A stretch of 64,000 nt of DNA, taken from assembly GCA_009838635.1 (NCBI GenBank), contig VXRE01000020.1, forward strand, positions 2,633-66,632, given 5' to 3'. The notes beneath the pieces were generated by a model. It ran no database searches. It saw nothing but the letters and a program-made list of their open reading frames with translations, and was not told where the DNA came from. Below, one piece after another: positions 35,785 through 45,056 of the stretch (position 1 is the stretch's first letter; every line of letters starts with the position of its first letter). This DNA is from Acidimicrobiia bacterium (GTDB taxonomy: Bacteria; Actinomycetota; Acidimicrobiia; Spongiisociales; Spongiisociaceae). A program made the position numbers and the translations under genes.

Positions 35785-37149
35785 TCATCGCCTAGCCTTC
35801 TTGAATCGCCAGCCGTGCATAAGGCTCCCGTAGTGGTTGAACGATCGCTTGGCCTCCGGATCATCGAAGGGGTAGTCCGCGCCCATCTGGGTCGCGGCTG
35901 CGAGTCCGCTAACGAAGCAGGTCTCCTGGCTGTTAATCAGCGTGTGGGCTCCGCAGTGCCAGGTTCTTCTCTTTCCCTGGATGAATCGGAACAGGTAGAT
36001 GAGGAGTGTGGCCTGGCGCACGTCGTGTACGATGTGTTGAAACCACCACCTCCCTACGATCTTCTTTTCATCGATCCTGCTTATCGGGTTGTAGGTAACC
36101 AGGCAGGGTTTGTCGGACTGGTTGACCCACGGCTGCTGGTTGTGCATGATGTACGTTATTTCATAGTTGTCGGGCCTGGCACCGTATTGTTCGATGTGGT
36201 TACTCCGCGTCTCCAGCGGTCTCACCTCATTGTCCGGGAGGACCGTGAAATCCGAGTGCACCACCGTATGGTTGTGGAGCTCGCTCTCGTAGCGTATCGA
36301 AGACAAGATATAGCGTTCCAGCATTGTGGGTTTGTCGAGGATCATCATCGTCTGGTTGGCATTACACGCCAGAATCACGTCATCGAAAGTTTCTTTCACA
36401 CCGTCCTCATCCTCGATCACGACGCAGGATGCCTGGCGATACACCTTCCGGACCGGCCGGTTGAGATAGATCTTGTCCCTGAATTCGGCCGACAGGTGCT
36501 CGTAGATCCGTCGCGTGCCTCGGTCCCATGTCTGCATGGGAGTCGCCACTTCGATGTCGAAGAACTCGAGGTACCTCGAGAACAGGGCCGCAGGCATGTC
36601 GAACACATTGGTCGCCATCAGGAAATTGACGAACATGGGCTTCAGTATCTTGTACCGGAAGTCCCCGGAGAACCCACCCAGGTTCAGGACTGTGCCCATA
36701 CTGATGTAGTTGAACGGGTTGAGAGCGTTCATCAGCTTTGACCGGGAACGGCTCAGTCGACCGATCCTATGCAGGCGCCTCAGGACCCGTTGGAACTTCT
36801 GGATCTCGGATCGGAGCTGCGTCCTGATCTCGGAGTCGAAGTCGTGGGCGTAGACCTCGCCGCGGTATTTCACGCTGTAGCTGAACCTGGTGTCGACCAA
36901 CTCGATCCCGAATTGCTCCATCAGCAGCACGATGTGGTGGTAGACCGACGGGATGCAGGCGGTCACGGAGATATCGAACGGGATCGAACCCCCATCATCC
37001 TGGGGCATCTCTACCGTCACCGCATTCCCCCCGAGCCGGTCCCGAGCCTCGAACAGCCTGAAGTCGAAGCGGTCCGGATGGTGATGCAGTCCCCAGGCTG
37101 CGCCCAGCCCGGAGATCCCTCCGCCAACAACAGCAATGCGCCTCGACAT
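35785..37149 (-). CDS. NAD(P)/FAD-dependent oxidoreductase (amine-oxidase-like flavoprotein)
   Basis: MSRRIAVVGGGISGLGAAWGL ... FEARDRLGGNA (dinucleotide fold). GC is visibly lower than in neighbouring genes (hand counts of about 50-58% on three 60-nt lines). Confidence 0.8.
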   Translation of the reverse strand: MSRRIAVVGGGISGLGAAWGLHHHPDRFDFRLFEARDRLGGNAVTVEMPQDDGGSIPFDISVTACIPSVYHHIVLLMEQFGIELVDTRFSYSVKYRGEVYAHDFDSEIRTQLRSEIQKFQRVLRRLHRIGRLSRSRSKLMNALNPFNYISMGTVLNLGGFSGDFRYKILKPMFVNFLMATNVFDMPAALFSRYLEFFDIEVATPMQTWDRGTRRIYEHLSAEFRDKIYLNRPVRKVYRQASCVVIEDEDGVKETFDDVILACNANQTMMILDKPTMLERYILSSIRYESELHNHTVVHSDFTVLPDNEVRPLETRSNHIEQYGARPDNYEITYIMHNQQPWVNQSDKPCLVTYNPISRIDEKKIVGRWWFQHIVHDVRQATLLIYLFRFIQGKRRTWHCGAHTLINSQETCFVSGLAAATQMGADYPFDDPEAKRSFNHYGSLMHGWRFKKARR

Positions 37150-37157
37150 CGGTTAGC

Positions 37158-38627
37158 TCAGCCTTCGGAGCGGCTCTCCGTCATCCCGGTGTCCTCCAAC
37201 TTCATCGACAGCGCCGGCAGGATGGCCAGGAGGGAGAATATCCCGGCCACCCTGAACAGGCTCTGGAACACCGCCACACCGGCCTCGATCAGGGGAGCCG
37301 CCGTCTCTTCGTACGACCCGCCGATCGTCACATCGGCGGTCATGCTGTAGAACTGCTCTATCCCCCAGGTGGACAGGGCCGCCAGGCCCAGGGCCATACC
37401 CACCATCCGGGCCGCGGTGATCAACGAGGCGGCGGTGCCCCAGTAGTGGCTGGGGGCTGCGCTGAGAGCCGTGACGCTGATGGGGGGGATGACCAGCCCG
37501 AATCCCAGGCCCGCCGTCACGAGCGGCGCCGTCAGCTCGAATTGACCCACCTCGGTCTCCCAGCCACCCATGAAGATCAGGCCCACCCCGATGAGCACCA
37601 GCCCGGCGATGGTGGCGGCCCTCACTCCTGTCCAGCGCATGATGTAGCCGCCTATCAACGCTCCCGGCGGGATGGCGGCCGTGAGGCGGACCAGATGGAG
37701 GGCGGCCTCCCAGGTCGGCTTCTCCATGACGGTGTTGGCCATCAGGGGAACGGCGACCAGGCCGATGATCAGGGCTATACCCACCACGAACTGGACGGCG
37801 TTGGCGGTTACGAACGCCTTGGAGCGGTGCAGGAACGCGGCCACCAGCGGCTGCTCGGCGCGCTTCTCCACCCTGACCAGAAGGGCTACGAGGCATACAC
37901 CCACGGCCAGCATCAGGTACGGGACGATGGACTCGAGAGAGAATATGGCCCGCTGGGACAGTGCGGCGGTGATAATCAGGAGAGCCGCTCCCAGGAGTAG
38001 CGCGCCGAGGTAGTCCATCTTGGCCTCGCGGTTGGGACGGTTCGGCAGGACGGCCAGAAGCGCCATCAGCAGCAGGCTCTGCGGTACGTCGAACCAGAAG
38101 ATCCACCTCCAGCCGATCCACTCGATGATGGCGCCCCCGTAGAGAGGACCGAGGACCGACCCGGCCTCGGCCGCGGCGGCCACCAGACCCAGCGTCACCC
38201 CCCGGTGGCGGGCCGGGACGGCCGCCACCGCCATGGCCATGGCGATCGGCACAGTGGCGCCGCCGCCGGCGGCCTGGAGCACCCTGGCGGAGACGATCCA
38301 GGGGAAGTTGGGCGCCACCGCCACCAATGCCGACCCGATGGCGAACACGAGCAGCGCCAGCTGGAATATCCGGACCCGGCCATGGACGTCGGACAGGCGC
38401 CCGGCCAGCGGCATGGCGACGGTGTAGCTGACCAGGTACCCGGTGATGATCCAGGAAGCCGAGTCCAGGTCCGTCAGGGGGATCTTCAACTCCAGCATGA
38501 CGGTGGGCAATGCCGTGTTGACCACCGTCTGATCCAGGGCGGTCGAGAAGACCCCCAGGCAGATGATGGTGAGGATCCCCGTCTGGGAGGATCCCCACGC
38601 GACGAGGCGAGACCTGACCGCGTTCAC
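37158..38627 (-). CDS. MFS transporter, DHA2 (EmrB/QacA, 14-TMS)-like; P55-like by context
   Basis: 489 aa. LDQTVVNTALPTVMLEL ... ITGYLVSYTVAMPLAGRLSDVHGR (MFS motif A region). It lies directly downstream of an LprG-like lipoprotein gene with a 2-nt gap. Confidence 0.88.
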   Translation of the reverse strand: MNAVRSRLVAWGSSQTGILTIICLGVFSTALDQTVVNTALPTVMLELKIPLTDLDSASWIITGYLVSYTVAMPLAGRLSDVHGRVRIFQLALLVFAIGSALVAVAPNFPWIVSARVLQAAGGGATVPIAMAMAVAAVPARHRGVTLGLVAAAAEAGSVLGPLYGGAIIEWIGWRWIFWFDVPQSLLLMALLAVLPNRPNREAKMDYLGALLLGAALLIITAALSQRAIFSLESIVPYLMLAVGVCLVALLVRVEKRAEQPLVAAFLHRSKAFVTANAVQFVVGIALIIGLVAVPLMANTVMEKPTWEAALHLVRLTAAIPPGALIGGYIMRWTGVRAATIAGLVLIGVGLIFMGGWETEVGQFELTAPLVTAGLGFGLVIPPISVTALSAAPSHYWGTAASLITAARMVGMALGLAALSTWGIEQFYSMTADVTIGGSYEETAAPLIEAGVAVFQSLFRVAGIFSLLAILPALSMKLEDTGMTESRSEG

Positions 38628-38629
38628 AC

Positions 38630-39370
38630 TCAGGCGGAGGTATCCGGAAGTTGAATGTCGACAGGTGTGTTGTAGTCCGAGAGGATGATCAGACGGCTGG
38701 TGCCCTCGCCGTCGTCATCGAAGATCTGGCCGGCTATGCGGATCTGCCGCAGTTCATGGTCCGCCTCTCCGATCCATAGGCTCAGGTCGATCGGATGCCC
38801 GGTATCCGCGGACGTGATAAGGGTGGACAGGTCCTCGGACATGAGCGTTCCGTCAACCCGGAGGGCCGGGCCACCCCCGACCGACTCCGTGGCCGCGATG
38901 GCAGCGTCCTGGACTAGGGGCAACAGGTTGCTCAGAGTGACGCCCAGCCCGACGAAGTTGAAGGGAACCTGGTCCAGCGGCAGGGGGTTCCAGGGCGCGC
39001 CCGCCGAGAACTTCATGAAAGCGACGTCGCCGACGGCGACGATCTCGATCTCCGCGAACCCCATTGCGGACTCGACTTCCACGACTATGTGGGCGCTGTC
39101 GGGAGACTCGACTTCTCCGTCCACGTTCTTCAACGTCGCGCCGAAGAACTTCGCTCCCGTCTCGTTCTCGTCGATCATCTGGAAGGTCGCCGTAGAGAAG
39201 CTGGCCAGATTCTCCCCCGTGCGCGCCAGCACCTCCTCCAACGACAACTCGGGTTCCGGCTCGGTCGTCGTGGGAGCGGGGTCGCTCCCGCAGGCGGCAA
39301 CGAGGAGCAGGAAGGCCATTGCCAAGGCTGCGAGCGATGGGCTCCGGATAGCTGATCCGACTACGTTCAT
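38630..39370 (-). CDS. LppX/LprA/LprF/LprG-family lipoprotein
   Basis: From ATG 39370: MNVVGSAIRSPSLAALAMAFLLLVAACGS (lipobox). The remainder resembles the LprG lipid-binding fold family. The lprG-MFS pairing matches that of mycobacterial Rv1411c-Rv1410c. Confidence 0.75.
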   Translation of the reverse strand: MNVVGSAIRSPSLAALAMAFLLLVAACGSDPAPTTTEPEPELSLEEVLARTGENLASFSTATFQMIDENETGAKFFGATLKNVDGEVESPDSAHIVVEVESAMGFAEIEIVAVGDVAFMKFSAGAPWNPLPLDQVPFNFVGLGVTLSNLLPLVQDAAIAATESVGGGPALRVDGTLMSEDLSTLITSADTGHPIDLSLWIGEADHELRQIRIAGQIFDDDGEGTSRLIILSDYNTPVDIQLPDTSA

Positions 39371-39544
39371 CCGCCCACCTCCGTGACCATATCGGTACCG
39401 CCCCGGCATCGAGGCCCTGGTCCGACACGATAGCCGCCGGAACTGCGCGAGGCGGACGGCTTCGGCCCTCGACACTGTTCACCGTGTCGGGTTAGGCCAC
39501 CGCGGGTAGACTCCCTGATCGGTAGCCAGACACGTCAGCGAAAG

Positions 39545-40687
39545 GTGGTTGCCGTGGCGGACACACGCCCCGACGCGCACGGATCTCGTGAGCACGATCC
39601 TCCCGGCCACGATCACCAGGGGCATGATCATTCCGGCCACGATCACTCCGACCATGATCACCATGACCATTCCGGGCATGATCATGACGAACACGACGAC
39701 CACTCCGGGCATGACCACCACGGCCACGGCCACGGCCACGGGCACGGGGGCCATGACCACTCCCATGACCTGCGAGGCATCAGCAAGCGTGCCCTGACCA
39801 TTGCGCTGATACTCATAGCCGGGTTCATGTTCGCCGAGGTCATCGGCGGCATTCTCACGAAGAGCCTGGCCCTGCTATCAGACGCGGGTCACATGGTCTC
39901 GGACGCCATGTCGATAGCCCTTGCTCTTGTGGCCCTTCGCTTCGCCGAGCGGGAAGCCACCGTTGAGCGCACCTTCGGCTACCAGCGCCTGGAGGCTCTC
40001 GCCGCCATGGTGAACGCCCTCACCCTCTGGATCGTGGGTTTTTGGGTGCTGATCGAGGCCTATCACCGGGTGCAGGACGTCCCGGATGTGGAGGGCTTGG
40101 GCATGCTCATCGTGGGCGTGCTGGGGTTGCTGGTCAACGTGTTGGCGGCGTGGGTGCTCCACAGTTCTGCCAAGGACAGCATCAACGTAGAGGGCGCCTT
40201 CCAGCACGTCATGGCCGACCTGCTGGGATCGGTAGGTGTGGTCATCTCGGGCATCGTCATCCTCACGACCGGATGGAACATGATCGATCCCATCCTCAGC
40301 GTGGTCATCGCGCTACTGATCCTCCGGAGCGCCTGGCCGCTGTCCGTCAAGGTTTTCCACGTTCTGGTGGATTCTGTTCCGGCGGACATCGACGTCTACA
40401 AGTTGGGGAGCGACCTCGAGGTCGAGGGGGTCACCCTGATCCACGATATCCATGTCCGGGCCGTCAGCTCGGATGAGACAACGTTCTCCGGCCACATCAT
40501 GATCGACCCGGATTACGAAGGAGATACCAACGAGCTGCTTCGCCGGCTCCGCGACATCATCAAGGGACACGACATCAACCACATCACCATCCAGGTCGAC
40601 AAGACCATGTCACCAAGTGGCGAGTTGGGCTGCGAGGAGAACCACCACGTCAACTACTTGGCAGCGCGATCGAGAACCCGACCGTAG
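39545..40687 (+). CDS. Cation diffusion facilitator (CzcD/ZitB-like) with a His-rich N-terminal tail
   Basis: 380 aa. The CDF core has LLSDAGHMVSDAMSIALAL ... FQHVMADLLGSVGVV (the HxxxD pairs). The N-terminal ~65 aa are dominated by GHDH-type repeats. Confidence 0.9.
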   Translation: MVAVADTRPDAHGSREHDPPGHDHQGHDHSGHDHSDHDHHDHSGHDHDEHDDHSGHDHHGHGHGHGHGGHDHSHDLRGISKRALTIALILIAGFMFAEVIGGILTKSLALLSDAGHMVSDAMSIALALVALRFAEREATVERTFGYQRLEALAAMVNALTLWIVGFWVLIEAYHRVQDVPDVEGLGMLIVGVLGLLVNVLAAWVLHSSAKDSINVEGAFQHVMADLLGSVGVVISGIVILTTGWNMIDPILSVVIALLILRSAWPLSVKVFHVLVDSVPADIDVYKLGSDLEVEGVTLIHDIHVRAVSSDETTFSGHIMIDPDYEGDTNELLRRLRDIIKGHDINHITIQVDKTMSPSGELGCEENHHVNYLAARSRTRP

Positions 40688-40705
40688 CCCTCGGTCAGGT
40701 GGCTC

Positions 40706-40742
40706 CTGGTCGGGTGGTTACCAACAGCAACGCCCCGACCAG
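40706..40742. terminator. GC hairpin between the convergent CDF and amt genes
   Basis: CTGGTCGGG-(19 nt)-CCCGACCAG forms a perfect 9-bp stem. The loop and 3' flank carry a CAAC-every-7-nt pattern. Confidence 0.4.
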
Positions 40743-40765
40743 CAACCGGCAACTACCAACTAGGT

Positions 40766-42157
40766 CTACTCGTCGTCGAAGTTCTCCGGCATGAGGACGA
40801 ACTCGGGATAGGACTCCATACCGAGTTCGGCCACGTCCTGGCCCATCTGCTCGGCCTGTACGGATACCCGCAGCCCGATGGTCCGCGCGATGAGGGTCCA
40901 GACCGCCCAAGAGACGGCGAACACGAACGCTCCGACCGAAATGATCCCGACTAACTGTACGCCGAGGTTGGTACCGGGATCGGCGATAGTGGCGGCCAGG
41001 GTTCCCCAGATGCCGCAGACGAGGTGGGCGGGAATCGCTCCCACCACGTCATCGATCTTGAGCTGCTCGAGGAGCTTGATCCCCAGCGTGCAGAGGACGC
41101 CGCCCACGGCCCCGATGATGACCGCCCAGTAGAGATCGCTGTGGGTCGGGGCTGCGGTGATCGAAACGAGGCCGGCGATGGCGCCGTTCAGCCCGGCGAA
41201 CAGGTCGATCCGCCCCAGGAGCGGTCTGGAGACCGCCAGGGCGGCCAGCACGCCGGCGCACGCCGCCAGGTTGGTGTTGACCAGCACGGTGCCCATGGCC
41301 ACGGCATCGAGAGCTGACCCGAGAGCCAGCTGGGACCCGCCGTTGAACCCGAACCAACCCAGCCACAGAATGAACACCCCGAGTGTCACCAGCAGAACGT
41401 TCGAGGGTGGAGTGGGCTTGACCGTTCCGTCCTTGCGGAACTTGCCCAGCCGGGGTCCGATGACCAGCACGCCGGCCAGGGCCGCCCAGCCGCCGACACT
41501 GTGCACGATGGTCGACCCCGCGAAGTCGGCGAACCCCATCTCGGCCAGCCATCCTCCGCCCCATGTCCATGCACCCACGATCGGGTAGATGAACGCGGCG
41601 AGAACGAGTGTGAATCCGAAGAAGGGCCAGAGCTTGGCCCGCTCCGCGATCGCTCCTGACACGATGGACGCGGTAGTGGCGACGAACACCATCTGGAAGA
41701 ACCAGTCGGACAGGACGCTGTAGCCATTCGAGACGACATCCCCGACTGCCCCGTCGGCGCCGGAGAGCAGGTTGATCTCCGCGCTCGATGACGAGTAGAA
41801 GAACTGGAACGAGCCGATCAGATTGCCCACGTCCACGTACATGAGGTTGTAGCCGATCACGTAGAAGGCAAGGCATGCGATCGAGTAGATCCCGATGTTC
41901 TTGAGACAGATCATCGACGAGTTCTTGGTGCGGACCGCGCCCGACTCGAGCATGGTGAAGCCGGCGCACATCCACATCACCAGGGCACCCCAGATCAGGA
42001 ATGAGAACGTGTTGAGGATGAAGGCGACCTCGCCGTCGGCCATCTCGGCAGCCGAGGCCACGGTGGGGCGCAGGAGGAGCAACCCGAGAGTCAGTATCCC
42101 CGCCACCACGATCCTGGTTCTCGACTTGGAGCGCCCCCGCTGCGCAACTAGGTCCAT
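40766..42157 (-). CDS. amt: Ammonium transporter (Amt family)
   Basis: 463 aa. [34 protein letters not shown] ... [30 protein letters not shown] ... these are Amt signatures. Confidence 0.93.
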   Translation of the reverse strand: MDLVAQRGRSKSRTRIVVAGILTLGLLLLRPTVASAAEMADGEVAFILNTFSFLIWGALVMWMCAGFTMLESGAVRTKNSSMICLKNIGIYSIACLAFYVIGYNLMYVDVGNLIGSFQFFYSSSSAEINLLSGADGAVGDVVSNGYSVLSDWFFQMVFVATTASIVSGAIAERAKLWPFFGFTLVLAAFIYPIVGAWTWGGGWLAEMGFADFAGSTIVHSVGGWAALAGVLVIGPRLGKFRKDGTVKPTPPSNVLLVTLGVFILWLGWFGFNGGSQLALGSALDAVAMGTVLVNTNLAACAGVLAALAVSRPLLGRIDLFAGLNGAIAGLVSITAAPTHSDLYWAVIIGAVGGVLCTLGIKLLEQLKIDDVVGAIPAHLVCGIWGTLAATIADPGTNLGVQLVGIISVGAFVFAVSWAVWTLIARTIGLRVSVQAEQMGQDVAELGMESYPEFVLMPENFDDE

Positions 42158-42306
42158 GCGAAATCCTCCCTCGACAGAACGGACGCACAGAGCTTAGAGG
42201 ATGGAGGCGCTGGGAGCCGGGGTTGCGGGCCGCCGTTCTCGTGTTGCGATTGCAATTTCCCCTTCTAAACTTGTGGCCCCAACCCGCACCGATCCGTGGA
42301 GTCGAC

Positions 42307-42543
42307 ATGTCCAGAATCTGCATGGTCACCGGCAAGAAGCCGACCTTCGGCAAGAAAGTGTCGTTCTCCCACAAGCGGTCCAACCGGCGCTGGACCCCGA
42401 ACATCCAGAAGAAGCGCTACTGGGTTCCCTCGCAGCGCCGCTACGTGACCCTCACGGTCAGCACCAAGGGGATCAAGACGATCGACAAGAAAGGGATCGA
42501 GGCGGTGATGGCGGACCTCAAGCGGCGGGGCATCAAGGTCTAG
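42307..42543 (+). CDS. rpmB: 50S ribosomal protein L28
   Basis: [66 protein letters not shown] 42307 is preferred over the ORF-track start at 42223. Confidence 0.93.
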   Translation: MSRICMVTGKKPTFGKKVSFSHKRSNRRWTPNIQKKRYWVPSQRRYVTLTVSTKGIKTIDKKGIEAVMADLKRRGIKV

Positions 42544-42644
42544 TTGCTAGTTGCTAGTTGCTAGTTTTTTATCTGACCGGGTCTTTAACTCTAATAGCTT
42601 ATAAGCACCAAACTAGCAACTACAAGCTAGAGACTAGAAACTAG
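42541..42644. repeat. CTAG-heptad inverted array, locus C
   Basis: Left arm: TAG (TTGCTAG)x3 followed by T6. Right arm: AAACTAG CAACTAC AAGCTAG AGACTAG AAACTAG. Positions 42555-42567 are complementary to 42610-42622 (13 bp). The rpmB stop is the first TAG. The ABC ATPase stop is CTA at 42627-42629, and its last codons are made of heptads. Confidence 0.85.
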
Positions 42645-43424
42645 CATTGCCTGATAGCGACCGTTCGACGACTCGACCACCAGGGGCATGCCGTAGATGG
42701 CGGTCAGGGTCGCTCCCGTCAGTACCTTCCGGACCGGACCCGACGCCCGTACCCTCCCCCCGGCCAGGATCAGGATGTCATCGAAGCCGGGCGGGATCTC
42801 CTCCGCATGGTGCGTCACCAGGATGACCGTGAGTCTCCCGGCTCCTTCTCCCATGGCGGCCAGGGAGGCGATCAGGCGTTCCCGGGCTCCGAGATCCAGG
42901 CCGGTTCCGGGCTCGTCCAGCAGCAGCAGTTCGGGTCGCGCCATCAGTGCCCGGGCGATCAGCACGCGCTTCATTTCGCCTTCCGAGAGGGTGGCGAACT
43001 CCCGGTCCGCCATGCCGGCCACGCCCATCACCTCCATCTGCTGCTCGGCGTAGCACCGGTCCTCCGGTGTGTAGGAGTGCCATCTGGTGTCCACGAAGGC
43101 GGCGTGGAGTCCGGTCAACACCACGTCCCGGCAAGGCAGGTAGCGCCGTACCAGCGCGGACGGGGCGGGTCCCACGTATCCGATCCGGGGCCGGAGCCGG
43201 CGGACGTCGGTGCGTCCCATACGTTCGCCCAGGATGGTGGCGGTGCCGCCGGTCGGGAACTGGTAGGTCGATATGACCTGGAGGAGGGTGGTCTTCCCGG
43301 CGCCGTTGGGTCCGAACAGCACCCAGCGTTCACCGGTCCCTACCCTCCAGTCGATGCCGGAGACGAGCTGCTTGCCGGCCTTCTTGACCGTCACGCCTCG
43401 CAGGTCGATGGCCGGGACGCCCAA
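42627..43424 (-). CDS. ABC transporter ATP-binding protein (stand-alone ATPase, YlmA/ModF-like)
   Basis: 265 aa with Walker A GPNGAGKTT, signature LSEGEMKRVLIARAL, Walker B LLLLDEPGTGLD and VTHH. Confidence 0.85.
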   Translation of the reverse strand: MGVPAIDLRGVTVKKAGKQLVSGIDWRVGTGERWVLFGPNGAGKTTLLQVISTYQFPTGGTATILGERMGRTDVRRLRPRIGYVGPAPSALVRRYLPCRDVVLTGLHAAFVDTRWHSYTPEDRCYAEQQMEVMGVAGMADREFATLSEGEMKRVLIARALMARPELLLLDEPGTGLDLGARERLIASLAAMGEGAGRLTVILVTHHAEEIPPGFDDILILAGGRVRASGPVRKVLTGATLTAIYGMPLVVESSNGRYQAMLVSSL

Positions 43425-43433
43425 TCCGGGGCC

Positions 43434-44345
43434 TCAGTAGCCCCGGCGCGGGTCGTAGAGGGGGAAGGGCTGCTCCCCGCGCTGGATGCGCCGGATGTTG
43501 GCCGCGATGAGGGGTGCCGCCGTCGATGCTCTGGTGAAGCCGCTGGTGTGTGGGGTGATCCGGACCCGAGGGTGTTCCCAGAGCGGGGATCCGGGGGGGA
43601 GGGGCTCGGTCTCCGTGACGTCCAGCACCGCGGCGGACAGGATGCCGTCGTCGAGGGCCGATACGAGGTCGGGTTCGACGGTCGTCGCGCCTCGACCCAG
43701 GGAGACGTAGACCGAACCGGGCGCGAAGTGCGCCAGGACCCCCGCGTCGATCAGCCCTCGTGTCTCGGGCGTGTCGGGCAGGATGTTGACGACTGCTCTG
43801 GAGGTGGACACCATTCCCTTGAGACCGTCGCGGCCCCGGTAGTGGGTGATGCCCTCCTCTTCGCCTCCGGATCGGGTCCAGGCGTTGATCGGGTAGCCGA
43901 GCCCGGCCAGGCACTTCCCGATGTGCCGACCGATGGCGCCGAAGCCGAGGATGCCGACCGGAAAGTCACCTGTGGCGGCGGTTCGGATCGGCCGCCACAC
44001 CTTCGCGGCCTGCTGGTCGATGTAGGCGTCCAGCTTGCGATGGAAGTGCACCACCCAATGAGCAGCGTACGCGGCCATTTCCCCCGCCATCGCCTCGTCG
44101 GCCAGGCGCACGATGGGAACGTCGGGGTAGTCGCCGCCGGCGAACTGCTCCACCCCCGCCGTCACCGCCAGGATGGCGCGCAGGTTCGGATAGCGGCGCA
44201 TGTCTTCCGTGTCATGGACCCAGAAGACGGCGTACTCGACGGAGTCGGGGTCGTAGATGTCGGGGTAGAACTGGATGTTCATGTCCGGCAGTTCCCGAGT
44301 CAGCATCTCCAACCACTCGGCCCGCTCCGAATAAGGGTTCAGCAT
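43434..44345 (-). CDS. D-isomer-specific 2-hydroxyacid dehydrogenase (glyoxylate/hydroxypyruvate reductase A-like)
   Basis: GILGFGAIGRHIGKCLAGLGYPINAW (NAD fold) ... ILPDTPETRGLI ... LGRG ... LDVTETEPLPPGSPLWEHPRVRITPHTSG. Start ATG 44345 is preferred. Confidence 0.85.
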   Translation of the reverse strand: MLNPYSERAEWLEMLTRELPDMNIQFYPDIYDPDSVEYAVFWVHDTEDMRRYPNLRAILAVTAGVEQFAGGDYPDVPIVRLADEAMAGEMAAYAAHWVVHFHRKLDAYIDQQAAKVWRPIRTAATGDFPVGILGFGAIGRHIGKCLAGLGYPINAWTRSGGEEEGITHYRGRDGLKGMVSTSRAVVNILPDTPETRGLIDAGVLAHFAPGSVYVSLGRGATTVEPDLVSALDDGILSAAVLDVTETEPLPPGSPLWEHPRVRITPHTSGFTRASTAAPLIAANIRRIQRGEQPFPLYDPRRGY

Positions 44346-44486
44346 GATCGACACGGGACAAGTCAACCAGATTGTCGGGACCGTTACCCTATTGGCTCGA
44401 AGAGCGCGCACGGCTTCGGGCCCTACCTGGACGACCCGAATCGATCCGGCGAAACCGGGCGCTCGCTCTCAAGAAGGGAGGATTCA

Positions 44487-45056
44487 ATGCCCGAGGTGCT
44501 TCCGTGGACCTCTTCGGAGGATGCCAACCGGCTTCTTGCCACCAGCCCGCTGGCTCTCATGATCGGGATGCTGCTGGACCAGCAGGTGAGGATGGAGGTG
44601 GCCTTCCATTCCCCTCACGCCCTTCAGGAACGGCTGGGGCAGCCGTTGGACGCGGCCCGGATCGCCGCAGTCGACGGGGACGAACTGGAGACGATCTTCC
44701 GGGGACCGCCGGCCCTCCACCGGTTTCCCAACGCCATGGCTCGGCGCACGCAGGCGCTGTGCCAGGCGCTCTCCGACCAGTACGACGGCGACGCGGCCGC
44801 CATCTGGAGGACTGCCGCGGATGGCCGCGAGCTGCTGAAGCGGCTCAAGAAGCTCCCCGGATTCGGCGACGCCAAGGCCCGCATCTTTGCGGGCATCGTC
44901 GGCAAGCGGCTCGGCGAGGGCCCTCCGGGCTGGGAGGAGGTAGCCGCCGACTGGCCGTCCATCGCCGACATCGCCGAGTTCGACCAGATCGACGCTCTGC
45001 GCCAGGCCAAGGCGCGCATGAAGGCGGAGCAGAAGGCGGCCAAGGGCAGGCGGTGA
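44487..45056 (+). CDS. HhH-GPD-type base-excision DNA repair family protein
   Basis: 189 aa from ATG 44487 (SD gggagg). LALMIGMLLDQQVRMEVAF ... PPALHRFPNAMARRTQALCQAL ... LKKLPGFGDAKARIF (helix-hairpin-helix). Only this last part of the long ORF 42807..45056 is real. Confidence 0.7.
   Translation: MPEVLPWTSSEDANRLLATSPLALMIGMLLDQQVRMEVAFHSPHALQERLGQPLDAARIAAVDGDELETIFRGPPALHRFPNAMARRTQALCQALSDQYDGDAAAIWRTAADGRELLKRLKKLPGFGDAKARIFAGIVGKRLGEGPPGWEEVAADWPSIADIAEFDQIDALRQAKARMKAEQKAAKGRR

Noticed and set aside
39479-39766. A 95-aa minus-strand ORF made almost entirely of V, M, I, P and A residues (it looks like a membrane peptide).
   Set aside because: It is the antisense reading of the His/Asp-rich codon repeats (CAC/GAC/CAT versus GTG/GTC/ATG) in the CDF N-terminal tail, and so is an artefact.
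42807-45056. A 749-aa plus-strand ORF spanning three genes.
   Set aside because: Its first ~560 residues are antisense to the ABC ATPase and 2-hydroxyacid dehydrogenase genes and are low-complexity. Only the last 189 aa, from ATG 44487 with a good SD, form the HhH-GPD-type protein.
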